Origin: Polyangiales bacterium
Lineage (GTDB): Bacteria > Myxococcota_A > Polyangia > Polyangiales > Polyangiaceae
Direction: 5' to 3'
Assembly: GCA_038230375.1 (NCBI GenBank)
Contig: JBBRNJ010000067.1
Coordinates: 1-47,073 of the forward strand
DNA: 47,073 nt
The notes under the pieces are model-generated. The model saw only the letters and a list, made by a program, of their open reading frames with translations. It was not told where the DNA came from and made no database searches. How positions within the stretch are numbered: the stretch's first letter is position 1; each line of letters starts with the position of its first letter. The translations under genes were made by a program, and so were the position numbers. Below are positions 20,068 through 29,149 of the stretch, one piece after another.

Positions 20068-21266
20068 CTTGAAGTCTCACCGCTCTCGAACATGCCACTC
20101 ACCACGACCTTCTCGTTGCGAACGAAGAACCGGCCCCCGCACATCACGTCGCTCACCTGGTGCTCCTTGCCGAGCACGACGAGATCCGCGTCCGCCCCGA
20201 CACGGAGCTCACCCTTGTTCGTGAGGCGAAGGAGGTTTGCGACGTTCGACGTGAAGACCGGCAACACGTCCGCGAGCGAGCGGCCACGGCGGAGCAGCTC
20301 GGCGAGCGTGTCGGCCAGCGCAGACGGCTTGCCCACGTCCATGGCGACGATGCGACCGCTGGAATCGAACGTGGGGAGACACCCGCCGCCGTCGGAGCTG
20401 ACCGTGAGATGCGCGCCCGGTGCGCCGTTGTCCAGGTAGCGCGTGATCGCATCCGGTGCGGACCATGCGTCTTCGCCGTCGCCCACGGGGAATGCCGTCA
20501 CGTCGATGACGACGCCGCTGCGCGCGAGCTCGAGCGCCTCCTCGAAGAGCGCCTTCTTGCGATTCACATGCGTGGGGTGGAAGACCTGCGCGGGGAGCTC
20601 GGTCTCGGAGAGGCACCGGCGAACCAGGTCCAGCCCGCGCGGGCCGTCACCAACATGCAGATGCAGCACGCCGGCCTTGCCGCTCATCATGCCAGCTACG
20701 TGGCAGTCCGCGGCCAGGCGCGCGATCTCGTCGAACGTGGGCTGCGAGGAGCGGTGATCGCTGATGGCGACCTCTCCCACGCCGAGCACGGGCTCCACGA
20801 AGACGATGTCCGAGCGCACGGACCCGCTCAACGTGATGGGCGGCAGCTCGTAGCTGCCCGTCCAGCACCACGCGGAAAGGCCCTGCGCGCGCAGCCCGAG
20901 CGCCGCGGCCACGAGCGATGCGACATTGCGCGTGGTGCCATCCGTGCCGAGCACGCCAACAACGCTGGTGACGCCGCCACGTGTGAGCGCGGACAGCATG
21001 ACCGAAGGAACGCGCGACGCGGGACCGGACTCGCCGCCGCCGCCGGTGAGGTGCACGTGTGCGTCGATGAGGCCGGGGATGAGGCGCGCGCCGGCGAGCT
21101 CGACATGGGTTACCGCGGGCAGCCCAGCGACGCTCTTGCGAGCCGCTGCGCCCGCGGCCGGCTCCATTGCGAGGATCTTTCCACCGCCGACGAGCACGTC
21201 CATGCGACCGCGCGCCGACGGCGCAAAAACGTCGCCGTCGAGGAGCCAGGTGAGAGGCGAATCCAC
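20064..21266 (-). CDS. iadA: Isoaspartyl dipeptidase (beta-aspartyl peptidase); start GTG 21266 or ATG 21338
   Basis: PGLIDAHVHLTGGGGE, GVLGTDG, TGSY, GEVAISDHRSSQP, HVGDG, PTHVNR, SSDGGG; ATGA overlap with cphB. Confidence 0.93.
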   Translation of the reverse strand: MDSPLTWLLDGDVFAPSARGRMDVLVGGGKILAMEPAAGAAARKSVAGLPAVTHVELAGARLIPGLIDAHVHLTGGGGESGPASRVPSVMLSALTRGGVTSVVGVLGTDGTTRNVASLVAAALGLRAQGLSAWCWTGSYELPPITLSGSVRSDIVFVEPVLGVGEVAISDHRSSQPTFDEIARLAADCHVAGMMSGKAGVLHLHVGDGPRGLDLVRRCLSETELPAQVFHPTHVNRKKALFEEALELARSGVVIDVTAFPVGDGEDAWSAPDAITRYLDNGAPGAHLTVSSDGGGCLPTFDSSGRIVAMDVGKPSALADTLAELLRRGRSLADVLPVFTSNVANLLRLTNKGELRVGADADLVVLGKEHQVSDVMCGGRFFVRNEKVVVSGMFESGETSR

Positions 21267-21339
21267 GGTACGTTCGTAGTCGAGGTCGGGCCCGAAATCA
21301 CCGCGAAACGGGGATTTCCGCGTAGTATTCGTCTCCATG

Positions 21340-22896
21340 ATGCGTGCCACACGTTGTAAGCGCCGATCGGCAGTTCGTTCGCCTGCTCCGCTTGCTTCCT
21401 TGGCGTCGGTCGCTTCGTGGCTGCTTCTGCCCTTGGCGTTCGTGGCGCTCCACCTCCTTGATGGCTGCGAGAACGTGAAGGTGAACTGGCCCGAGCCGCC
21501 GAAGATCTCCATCAACACTGGCAACAGCGGCAACAACGGAAACACCACCGGCGGCTGGAGCCACGACTTTGGGGACGCCGGCATGCTCACGCCCACGCCC
21601 ACGCAGCAGTGCACGCTGCCGCAGCATCACGACGACTACGCAGGCTTCGCGATCGGTCAGCCCGCAGGTTGGCTGGTCGGGTCGGGCACCGGCACGATCG
21701 TCGTGGAGAAGGATCAGAAGGGCCTCACGGGCGCGCTCGTCTATCCGGCGCGTGTTCGCAAGGCGGACGTCTCCGCCGATCACTTCGCGGACTACTTCGC
21801 CACGGCGCTCGGGCGCAGCATCGCCAAGCGCGGCGGCTCCTTCCAGCTGACGAACAAGGTGACCGACGGTCACATCGCGCGCGCAGACGCGACCGCCACC
21901 ATCTCGGGCGTGAAGCTCCGTGGCCCGCTCGAGGTGCATTCGCAGCCTGGCTTCGTCACGTTGAAGCTGTACTGGGCGCCGGAGGAGTCGTTCGCGGCGG
22001 AGGAGCCCACGCTGAAGCAGATCGTCGGCTGCTTCCATCGCGGGACGCTCGTCACCGCGAAGCATCCGACCGCGCCGCCATCATCGGGGCATCATGCGGG
22101 CGGCTCGTCGCTGCCGCTCGGGTTCGCCGTCGCAGAGCCGTCAACGCACACGGCGGGGCTCAAGCCGTTCCAGACCAAGTTCTTCACGGGCAAGATGCCC
22201 GATGGTTGGAAGGTGAAGGGCGAGAGCGCGAACGGCATCGACATCATCGCGGCCGACGGGAGCGCAGGGGTGGGCTACGGCTGGGTACAAGGGGCCGTGA
22301 CCGTGCCGAGCACGACGGTCCGGCAGGCAGTCGCGCGCTACTACCCGACCGCGCACGTTGTCTGGCAGGGACCGCTCCGTGGCCCTGGGCCCGGCTGGGT
22401 CGGATATGGCGTCGAGTTCGAGAGTGACGTCGCGCATGGCTACTGGCAGTCGTTTCGCAACTCCGCCATCTCGGTCGACACGAACGTCGTCGTGGCGAAG
22501 GCGCGCTGGGACGCGGAGAAGAAGATGCTGACCGAGGTCGGGCAGTCCATGCAGATGAACCAGACCGCCGTGAACACGGTCAACGCGCAGATCCGGGCGC
22601 AGATGGCGCTGGTGCCAAGGGCTTCGCCGCCGGCCCCGAGCGCGTCTGCCTCGTCTGCCTCATCCAGCGGAATGAGCGACTGGCAACACGATCAAGACGT
22701 GAAGGACCGCATCTACCAGGGCTGGAGCGACTCCATCCTGGATCAGGAGCGCGCGGTGTCACCCACGACTGGCGAGGAGTACATCGTTCCGACCAGCGCG
22801 TGGAACTCGTCGGGCGCGCAAGGTGCTGGCTACTACCGCGAAGTGCCCGGCGGCACACCAGAGCTGCTGGAGACCCCGCCCGCGCCATCCGAATAG
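21340..22896 (+). CDS. Hypothetical putative lipoprotein
   Basis: Basic N-terminus, hydrophobic stretch ending LDGC; GC3-biased long ORF. Confidence 0.75.
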   Translation: MRATRCKRRSAVRSPAPLASLASVASWLLLPLAFVALHLLDGCENVKVNWPEPPKISINTGNSGNNGNTTGGWSHDFGDAGMLTPTPTQQCTLPQHHDDYAGFAIGQPAGWLVGSGTGTIVVEKDQKGLTGALVYPARVRKADVSADHFADYFATALGRSIAKRGGSFQLTNKVTDGHIARADATATISGVKLRGPLEVHSQPGFVTLKLYWAPEESFAAEEPTLKQIVGCFHRGTLVTAKHPTAPPSSGHHAGGSSLPLGFAVAEPSTHTAGLKPFQTKFFTGKMPDGWKVKGESANGIDIIAADGSAGVGYGWVQGAVTVPSTTVRQAVARYYPTAHVVWQGPLRGPGPGWVGYGVEFESDVAHGYWQSFRNSAISVDTNVVVAKARWDAEKKMLTEVGQSMQMNQTAVNTVNAQIRAQMALVPRASPPAPSASASSASSSGMSDWQHDQDVKDRIYQGWSDSILDQERAVSPTTGEEYIVPTSAWNSSGAQGAGYYREVPGGTPELLETPPAPSE

Positions 22897-22904
22897 AACC
22901 TCGC

Positions 22905-23450
22905 TCAGCGCGAGAGCAGGAACGCGAGGCTGGCAGCCAGCGCGGCGATCACGAGCACGAGCCACCCACTGACACGCCGTCGAGAGCGTGACATGCGCTC
23001 CGGGAACGATATGGTGCGAATCGCGCGCGCCTCCGCGTCGAACAGGAGGATGCCGTCCACGTCGAAGGCAAGCTGGTACTCGAGGAGCTGACGGCGCGTG
23101 GCGGGGGTGTCCAGGCGCGGCGCCACCTTTCCCGTCTTCACCTCCACCACGAAGCGCCGCGCGCCCTTCTCCACGACCAGGTCGGCGCGCACGTCGATGT
23201 CCATCGGTCGCTCATCCACCATGAGCGAGTACGTCGACGCCACCTGCGTGCCGAGCACCATGAAACCTGCATCCTGCAGGTAAATCGCAGCTTCTTTCTC
23301 GCCGTCACCCGCGCGAGCCACGCGCGAGAGGATCCGCCTGCGCCGGACGAAGCGCGAGACCCACGCAGACAACGCCTGCGCGGCGGCGACGCTGCTCACC
23401 GCGAAGAGCGCCACCACGAGCCACCCCTGGGGAACGGCGGACAGGTCCAC
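22905..23450 (-). CDS. Membrane-anchored PD-(D/E)XK nuclease-fold protein
   Basis: GEKEA...RADLVV...VVEVKT...RQLLEY; hydrophobic helices at both ends. Confidence 0.72.
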   Translation of the reverse strand: MDLSAVPQGWLVVALFAVSSVAAAQALSAWVSRFVRRRRILSRVARAGDGEKEAAIYLQDAGFMVLGTQVASTYSLMVDERPMDIDVRADLVVEKGARRFVVEVKTGKVAPRLDTPATRRQLLEYQLAFDVDGILLFDAEARAIRTISFPERMSRSRRRVSGWLVLVIAALAASLAFLLSR

Positions 23451-23489
23451 GTGGACCCGTTGTCGCACGCTGTTTCGCGCTGGGCCAAC

Positions 23490-24683
23490 TCAGCGCGGGA
23501 TCGCGGCGTAGACGCGGGACGGGCCGCCAGCGCGGACAATCGCTGCGCCGCCCACTGCGAGCAACAGGCTCACGAGCACGAACACGGAGGCGAGCAGCGC
23601 GCCCTTTCCGCCGGACCGCTGCGTGGGCGGACATGCATCCGGCGGCGGGCCGGAGGGAGTCGTGTCCGGCACGGGTGTGTCGGGAGGAGCCATGGGTGCG
23701 TGCTTCTTGATCGTGATGGCTTCGTTCGAGAAGCCGCTCGACGGGAGCGGCTGCGAGGTGGGGCCGCCCATCATGGTCATCGCAGACAGAGGCACGGTAT
23801 GCCCGCGGTAGCTGGGCCTAACGGCGCTGGAAGATGCGGGAGCGGCGAGCTGCGTCAGGTACGAGGTCAGTGCACGCGACAGATCTTCGGCGGAGCGGAA
23901 GCGCTGCGATGGATCCTTGGCAAGCGCGCGCTCCACGATGGCGATGAGCATCGGCGAGAGGTCGGAGCGAATGGACGCGAGCGACTTCGGCGCCTCCGAG
24001 AGCACGGCGCGATACAGCGGAAGGCCGTTCTGCCCTTCGAACGGCCGCCGTCCGGTGAGTGCATAATACATGCAAGCGCCGACCGCGTAGACATCCGCGC
24101 GCGAGTCCACGGCAAGGCCCTTTGCCTGCTCGGGCGCCATGTACTGCATGGTGCCGACCACCATGCCCTCCTGCGTGAGCGCGTGGCCGGAACCCAGATC
24201 CTTGGCAAGGCCGAAGTCCAGCAGGCGAACGACGTCGCCGCCGGCCACAGCGGACACCTGGATGTTCTGTGGCTTCACGTCACGGTGGATGATGCCGCGC
24301 GCATGTGCGGCGCCCAGCGCGCCCAGTACCGCGAGCGCGACCCTGGCGACCCGCTCGGGCCGCAGCGCGCCCTCGATCGCCACGAGCTCGCCAAGATTCA
24401 CCCCGGGCGCGAGCTCCATCACGAAGTATGCGTGCGACGGATGCGCCGCGTAGTCGAGCACGCGCACGAGGCTCTCGTGGCGCAGCTCGTAGAGAGCGCG
24501 TGCCTCTCGCTCGAAGCGCTGCAGCGCAGCGGGATCCGAGAGGGTCCCACGAAGGAGCTTCACGGCGACGACGCTCCCGTTGCGGAGATCCTCGGCCTCG
24601 TAGACGGCGCCCATCCCGCCCTCACCGAGCAGCCGTCCAAGGCGGTACTTCTGGTCGATGACAGCACCAGAAAGCGAGTCCAT
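23490..24683 (-). CDS. Hanks-type Ser/Thr protein kinase with C-terminal TM
   Basis: GEGGMG, VAVK, HRDVKPQN, DFG, GTMQYMAPE, DVYAVG. Confidence 0.96.
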   Translation of the reverse strand: MDSLSGAVIDQKYRLGRLLGEGGMGAVYEAEDLRNGSVVAVKLLRGTLSDPAALQRFEREARALYELRHESLVRVLDYAAHPSHAYFVMELAPGVNLGELVAIEGALRPERVARVALAVLGALGAAHARGIIHRDVKPQNIQVSAVAGGDVVRLLDFGLAKDLGSGHALTQEGMVVGTMQYMAPEQAKGLAVDSRADVYAVGACMYYALTGRRPFEGQNGLPLYRAVLSEAPKSLASIRSDLSPMLIAIVERALAKDPSQRFRSAEDLSRALTSYLTQLAAPASSSAVRPSYRGHTVPLSAMTMMGGPTSQPLPSSGFSNEAITIKKHAPMAPPDTPVPDTTPSGPPPDACPPTQRSGGKGALLASVFVLVSLLLAVGGAAIVRAGGPSRVYAAIPR

Positions 24684-24753
24684 GGGAGAGGCTACGCCCC
24701 GAAAAAAAGTATCTTCCTCGGATGAGGGAACTTTCCGAAACAGGCGGAAAACC

Positions 24754-24786
24754 AGGTCGAAGTCCAGGTCAAGGTCGAGGTCGACG
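24754..24786. repeat. Degenerate hexamer repeat (AGGTCG-like) in intergenic spacer
   Basis: AGGTCGAAGTCCAGGTCAAGGTCGAGGTCGACG. Confidence 0.55.
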
Positions 24787-25770
24787 TTACCGCGCTCGCT
24801 GGATGGCCTCGCGTACGTCCATTGCCAGGGCGCAGCTGTCCAGTCCCGCTGCGTAGGTCGGGCGTTGCGCCTCCGTGATCCACGACGGGTCGACGTTCTT
24901 CTGGTGCCTCACGAGCACCTTCTTCGCCCGCAGGTCCACGAGCAGCACGCGGACCTTGTGCGGGCGCTCTCCGTCCAGCTCGGTGGGGCCCTTCTTGTCG
25001 CCTTCCTCGTCCATCGCCACGAAGAGCAGCTCGGACTGCGCGGCCCTCCGTGCGCCATCGAGCGGTGCCTTCTCGAACTCTCGGCGCAGGCGCGCCACGT
25101 CCGCAAGCTCCTCCGCAGCCGTCACGCGCGCGGCCCACGCTGGCATCAGGAACGGCAACCCTACCTCTGCGTCGTCGAGGCGCGTGACGTTCGCGGTCGA
25201 CTTCTCGAAGAGCGCGTCGCGTGCGTAGGCACCGCGGACCTTCGTGAGCATGGCCTTCTCCGTGCGGTCCTTCGGCGGATCAACAAGACACGACACGAGC
25301 GGATCCTTCGATGAAACGGCCGCGGCCAGCGCGAGCGTCTTCGCGTTCGCCATGGAGCCGATGGGACCGCGAACGTAGACGATGGAGCGCGCGACCACCG
25401 CGGCCAGCGCGCCGTCCTTCAAGAGCTCGGGCGCCACGAGGTCCCCTTCGTAGGGGGTGGCCAGGCGCACGCTCCACTCTGCGGCCCGTGTCGGAAGCTC
25501 CAGATCGGTCGGCGATAGTGGCTCGCTCCTGGCGCGCACGGACGCTAGCAGCGCGGCGCGCGCGCCTTCCAGCTCGTCGTGGTTCCTTCGTCGCACCGCG
25601 AGCAAGGCGACCACCGCGGTGATGACGAGCAGCACGCCGGTGAAGCGCGCGAACGCGACCATTCGCGGGCCCAGGCTCCGGCCCGCGCGCTTCTTGCGGC
25701 CCCGCACGCTCGCGTCGATCCGCGCGGCCAGCTCGGGGTGCATCTTGCGCGTGGTGAGGAACGTCGGCAT
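24787..25770 (-). CDS. Hypothetical single-pass membrane protein
   Basis: ATG 25770 (MPTFLTTRKM) 11 bp after the MutS-like stop; TM FTGVLLVITAVVALLAV; the longer track ORF extends into the MutS gene as a shadow frame. Confidence 0.8.
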   Translation of the reverse strand: MPTFLTTRKMHPELAARIDASVRGRKKRAGRSLGPRMVAFARFTGVLLVITAVVALLAVRRRNHDELEGARAALLASVRARSEPLSPTDLELPTRAAEWSVRLATPYEGDLVAPELLKDGALAAVVARSIVYVRGPIGSMANAKTLALAAAVSSKDPLVSCLVDPPKDRTEKAMLTKVRGAYARDALFEKSTANVTRLDDAEVGLPFLMPAWAARVTAAEELADVARLRREFEKAPLDGARRAAQSELLFVAMDEEGDKKGPTELDGERPHKVRVLLVDLRAKKVLVRHQKNVDPSWITEAQRPTYAAGLDSCALAMDVREAIQRAR

Positions 25771-25781
25771 GGCCGCGGCCT

Positions 25782-27419
25782 CTACTTGTCCGCGACGGCC
25801 GGGGGTGCGCGACGCTCCCTGATATTCCGCTCCACCAGCGCAAGCAGCTGCTCGCCGGTGACGCCAAGGCGCGCTGCTGCGTGTCCCGCGAGCGACGTGT
25901 GCGCCACGCCTTGCGTGAACTGGTACGTGGGCCGCTGCTCCGGCCCGAGCTCCACCTGGAGGAAGCGAAGCTCGGTGATCTGCGCCTCGCGCTGTAGCCG
26001 CGCGGCGAACGCCAGGAAATGGGTCGTGATGAACGCCTGCGGTCCGAGCCGCGCGAGCATGCGCACGACGAGCTCGAAGATCTCCTCGCCCTCCGACGGA
26101 TTGGTGCCGGAGCAGAGCTCGTCCAGGATCACCATGGCGCCAGGCGGCAGTCGCTCGAACAGGGCGCGGATGCGAACCAGCTCGGTCCCCAGGCGTCCCT
26201 CGGCCTGATCCGCGCGCGTCTCCTCTATCAGCGACACGACAAGGCTCGGCGCCAACGTCAGCGCCCCTGCGCGCGCCGGCACGAACATCCCGCACTGCGC
26301 GAGGAGCTGCGCAAGCCCCAGCGACTGCAGTAGGCGGGTCTTGCCGCCGGAGTTCGGCCCCGTGACGAGCACGGTGGTGTCGTGCCGATCCGTCTCGAAA
26401 TTGCAGGGGATCGGCGTGATGCCGTGACCCAGAAGCAACGGATTCCAGAGCCCCTGGAGCGTGCGCGGCTCGCTCCCGGCCACGAATGACGGCAAGCACA
26501 CGGAGAGGCCCGCCGCGAGCGCGATGTCGCGGAACCCGAGCGCGCCCAGATAGAGCTCGACCTCGCCCATCAGCTGCACGAGCGGCGGAAGCTCGTCCTC
26601 GATTCCATCGAACACGGCGTCGATCAGGCGCGCCATGATCTCGCCGTCGCTGAAGCTGAAGCCGCGAACGAAGAGCTCCAGCTTGCCGAGCCAGCGGCGG
26701 AGGGGCGACGTGACGAACGGGTTCTCGGTGTCTTCGGCGATGGAGAGGACACGAAAGCCACGAATGCGTCCGTCAGCGCCGACCGAGACGGTGAGGTTCA
26801 ACGTGGCGAGCCGCTCGTCGTAGCGGAGCAGGTCGCGCAGGGACTGGTACGGCTCACCGCCTTGCACACGCAGACCGAATGCGGCGAGACGCGACAGCCC
26901 GGAGCGCGCTCCACCAAAGCCGCTCGCCATGCGATCCACGATCTGCTTCACGCACAGCAGGATGTCGAGCTGTCTCCTGTGTGGTTCGAATTTTCCGACA
27001 CCGCCCGCGCCCTCGATCAGGTTGCGCAGCCGGCCCAGCGACGCGTAGAGCTTCTCGAGCTCCGCGCGCAGGTCGCTCGACTCCGTCAGCTCGGACACGA
27101 TCGCGCGGCGAAATAGCACCGTTTCCAGGTCGCGCGGCGGCTGCGTGAGGAGCCGCACAAGGTGCTTCTGCGACGCGACCACGAGGTCCTGGCCCGCGAC
27201 CTTGACCTTGAAGCACGCAGCGACGAACGTGGAGACGAAGAGGTCGTTCGCGAACGACGCCGGCTCCCACGTGGAAGGCGCGGCCGGCGCGCGGTCGAGC
27301 GCATCGGAGAACAGGCCGCCCGAGATGCCGCTGGCGAAGGCCATCGTGATGGCGACCTTCGTGTGCTCCGCGTCGATGCGGAAGATCGGCGCGGGGTGAA
27401 GGATGTCGAGTGCGTCCAG
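25782..27419 (-). CDS. Stand-alone MutS-family (domain V) ATPase; first ATG 27344, possible CTG start 27419
   Basis: TGPNSGGKT Walker A, LAQCGMFVPA, EGRLGTEL, ILDELCSGTN, TTHF, YQF.QG. Confidence 0.9.
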   Translation of the reverse strand: MDALDILHPAPIFRIDAEHTKVAITMAFASGISGGLFSDALDRAPAAPSTWEPASFANDLFVSTFVAACFKVKVAGQDLVVASQKHLVRLLTQPPRDLETVLFRRAIVSELTESSDLRAELEKLYASLGRLRNLIEGAGGVGKFEPHRRQLDILLCVKQIVDRMASGFGGARSGLSRLAAFGLRVQGGEPYQSLRDLLRYDERLATLNLTVSVGADGRIRGFRVLSIAEDTENPFVTSPLRRWLGKLELFVRGFSFSDGEIMARLIDAVFDGIEDELPPLVQLMGEVELYLGALGFRDIALAAGLSVCLPSFVAGSEPRTLQGLWNPLLLGHGITPIPCNFETDRHDTTVLVTGPNSGGKTRLLQSLGLAQLLAQCGMFVPARAGALTLAPSLVVSLIEETRADQAEGRLGTELVRIRALFERLPPGAMVILDELCSGTNPSEGEEIFELVVRMLARLGPQAFITTHFLAFAARLQREAQITELRFLQVELGPEQRPTYQFTQGVAHTSLAGHAAARLGVTGEQLLALVERNIRERRAPPAVADK

Positions 27420-27421
27420 GC

Positions 27422-27826
27422 CTAGTCGCGCCCCTTGCGGCGATTGTTCGGCGAGGGACCGGACTCCTTGTCCGGCGGTGCGATGTCGCCGACCTCCAGG
27501 GTTGCTTCGCCGAAGACGACACGCATCTTGTCGTCCTGCGATGGCGACACTTCGAGCGTGCGCGCGCGGATGATCGTGCCGTCCTTCACCTTGCCGGACA
27601 GGCGCACGATCTCCGCGTCGAACTCGCCGGCGACGTTTCCTTCGGACACGAGCTCGCCGACCTTCACCTTGCCGCTGACGCTTCCAGTGTCGGACACCTT
27701 GAGCGAAGGCGCGTTCAGCTCACCCTCGACGCTGCCGCGCACGTGGACAGCACACTTGGAGGTGAGGTTGCCCCGGAACTCGGACCCTTCGTCGACGAGG
27801 GTCTTCTTGTCGTTCATCTCAGCCAT
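27422..27826 (-). CDS. Bactofilin (polymer-forming cytoskeletal protein)
   Basis: TLVDEGSEFRGNL...VHVRGSVEGEL...LKVSDTGSVSGKV...GNVAGEFDAEIVRLSGKV. Confidence 0.88.
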   Translation of the reverse strand: MAEMNDKKTLVDEGSEFRGNLTSKCAVHVRGSVEGELNAPSLKVSDTGSVSGKVKVGELVSEGNVAGEFDAEIVRLSGKVKDGTIIRARTLEVSPSQDDKMRVVFGEATLEVGDIAPPDKESGPSPNNRRKGRD

Positions 27827-29130
27827 CAGGATTTCCCGCCTTTGTCGTCAGGAGACTTCGTCACCTTGAGCCGCAGCTTGCACCCGTTCGCGAATGCGAA
27901 CACCGTGCGCTCCGGCGCTTGCTCCACGGTGCCCGACACAACGCCGCCGTCGTTCACGGTCACGTAGCGAATGCCCGAGATGGTGGGCGCTTCACGCTCC
28001 AGGATCTTGCCGTCCACGATGACACGACCGGCGCCGCGCACCTTGCAGCCGGAGAGCACGCCGTCCCCGCCGATGACGAGCTCAGCGCCCTCGCCGATGA
28101 CCAGCGAGCACTCCTCGAAGCGGCTCTCCACCTGGATGCGCGCGCCCGCACCGAACTCCAGCTGCGCGTTGCGAAGTACGTCGCCCTTGCCGAAGTAGCG
28201 CGTGTTCTCCGCGAGCGCGGATGGACGTCCCGATGTGCCGCCCGCGCCGGCCGCCGCCTTGCGCGGGTTGCCCGAAGGCGCCGCCGCCCCAGGACCGCTG
28301 ATGAGCGCGATGGCTGCAGGGCCGACCACGCGACCGGAGCCGTCGCCATCGACGGATGCATCCACCCAGTCCACGTTGACGTCGCGCGGCTCGATGCCCG
28401 TGCCGACCATCTGCGCGACCTTCGCGCCGTGGAACGTCGCGCCCGAGATGTCGGCGGACTCAAAGTTCGCTTGCCGGAGATCCGCGCCGTTGAACTGTGC
28501 CTCCGCGACGTTCGCGGACTTGAAGTCCGCCTTGCGCAGCACCGCCGAGAGGAAGCGCGCCTTGGGTGCCGTGACGGACTCCAGGTTTGCGCCGGACAGG
28601 TTTGCGTCCGTGAGATCCGCCTCCTCCAGGTTCGCGCCGAACAGGTTCGTCGACGACAGGTCCGCCGAGAGCAGCTTGGCGCCTCCCAGGTAGCACTCGG
28701 AGAGGTTCGCATTCGACACGATGGCGCCAGCGAGGTCCGCGCCGCCGAGCGTGGCCGACTCCAGCTGCGCCTGATTCAAGCGCGCCCGGGCCAGGCTCGC
28801 GCCATTCAGGTTCGCGCCTTCCAGGTTCGCACGCGTGAGGTTCGCGCCGACCAGGATCGCGCGCTCCAGGTTCGCGCCCTCCAGGTCTGCGTTGTCCAGG
28901 TTGGCGTCGCGAAGGTCCGCGCCCACCAGGTACGCCTCCTTCAAGCTCGCGTTCTTCAGGTTGGCGCGGGAGAGGTGCGCACCCTCGAGGTTTGCCCCAT
29001 CAAGGTCGCACCTCTTCATGCTCGCGCCGTCGAGGCGGGCCTTCGCGAGATTCTTCCCGCGAAGCTCCTCACCATCCAGCTTCTCCCCCTTCTGGACCTT
29101 CTCGACGATCTGCTCGATTGACAGAGCCAT
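27826..29130 (-). CDS. Pentapeptide-repeat protein with C-terminal bactofilin-like beta-helix domain
   Basis: About 44 contiguous A(D/N)Lxx pentapeptides, Gly/Ala linker, then ELVIGGDGVLSG..V.G.GRVIVDGKI...VTVNDGGVVSGTV. Confidence 0.88.
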   Translation of the reverse strand: MALSIEQIVEKVQKGEKLDGEELRGKNLAKARLDGASMKRCDLDGANLEGAHLSRANLKNASLKEAYLVGADLRDANLDNADLEGANLERAILVGANLTRANLEGANLNGASLARARLNQAQLESATLGGADLAGAIVSNANLSECYLGGAKLLSADLSSTNLFGANLEEADLTDANLSGANLESVTAPKARFLSAVLRKADFKSANVAEAQFNGADLRQANFESADISGATFHGAKVAQMVGTGIEPRDVNVDWVDASVDGDGSGRVVGPAAIALISGPGAAAPSGNPRKAAAGAGGTSGRPSALAENTRYFGKGDVLRNAQLEFGAGARIQVESRFEECSLVIGEGAELVIGGDGVLSGCKVRGAGRVIVDGKILEREAPTISGIRYVTVNDGGVVSGTVEQAPERTVFAFANGCKLRLKVTKSPDDKGGKS

Positions 29131-29149
29131 AATTGATTTTCCCGTCTCT

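Noticed and set aside
25782..27344. Canonical mutS or mutS2
   Set aside because: Lacks the mismatch-recognition and Smr domains; gene symbol withheld
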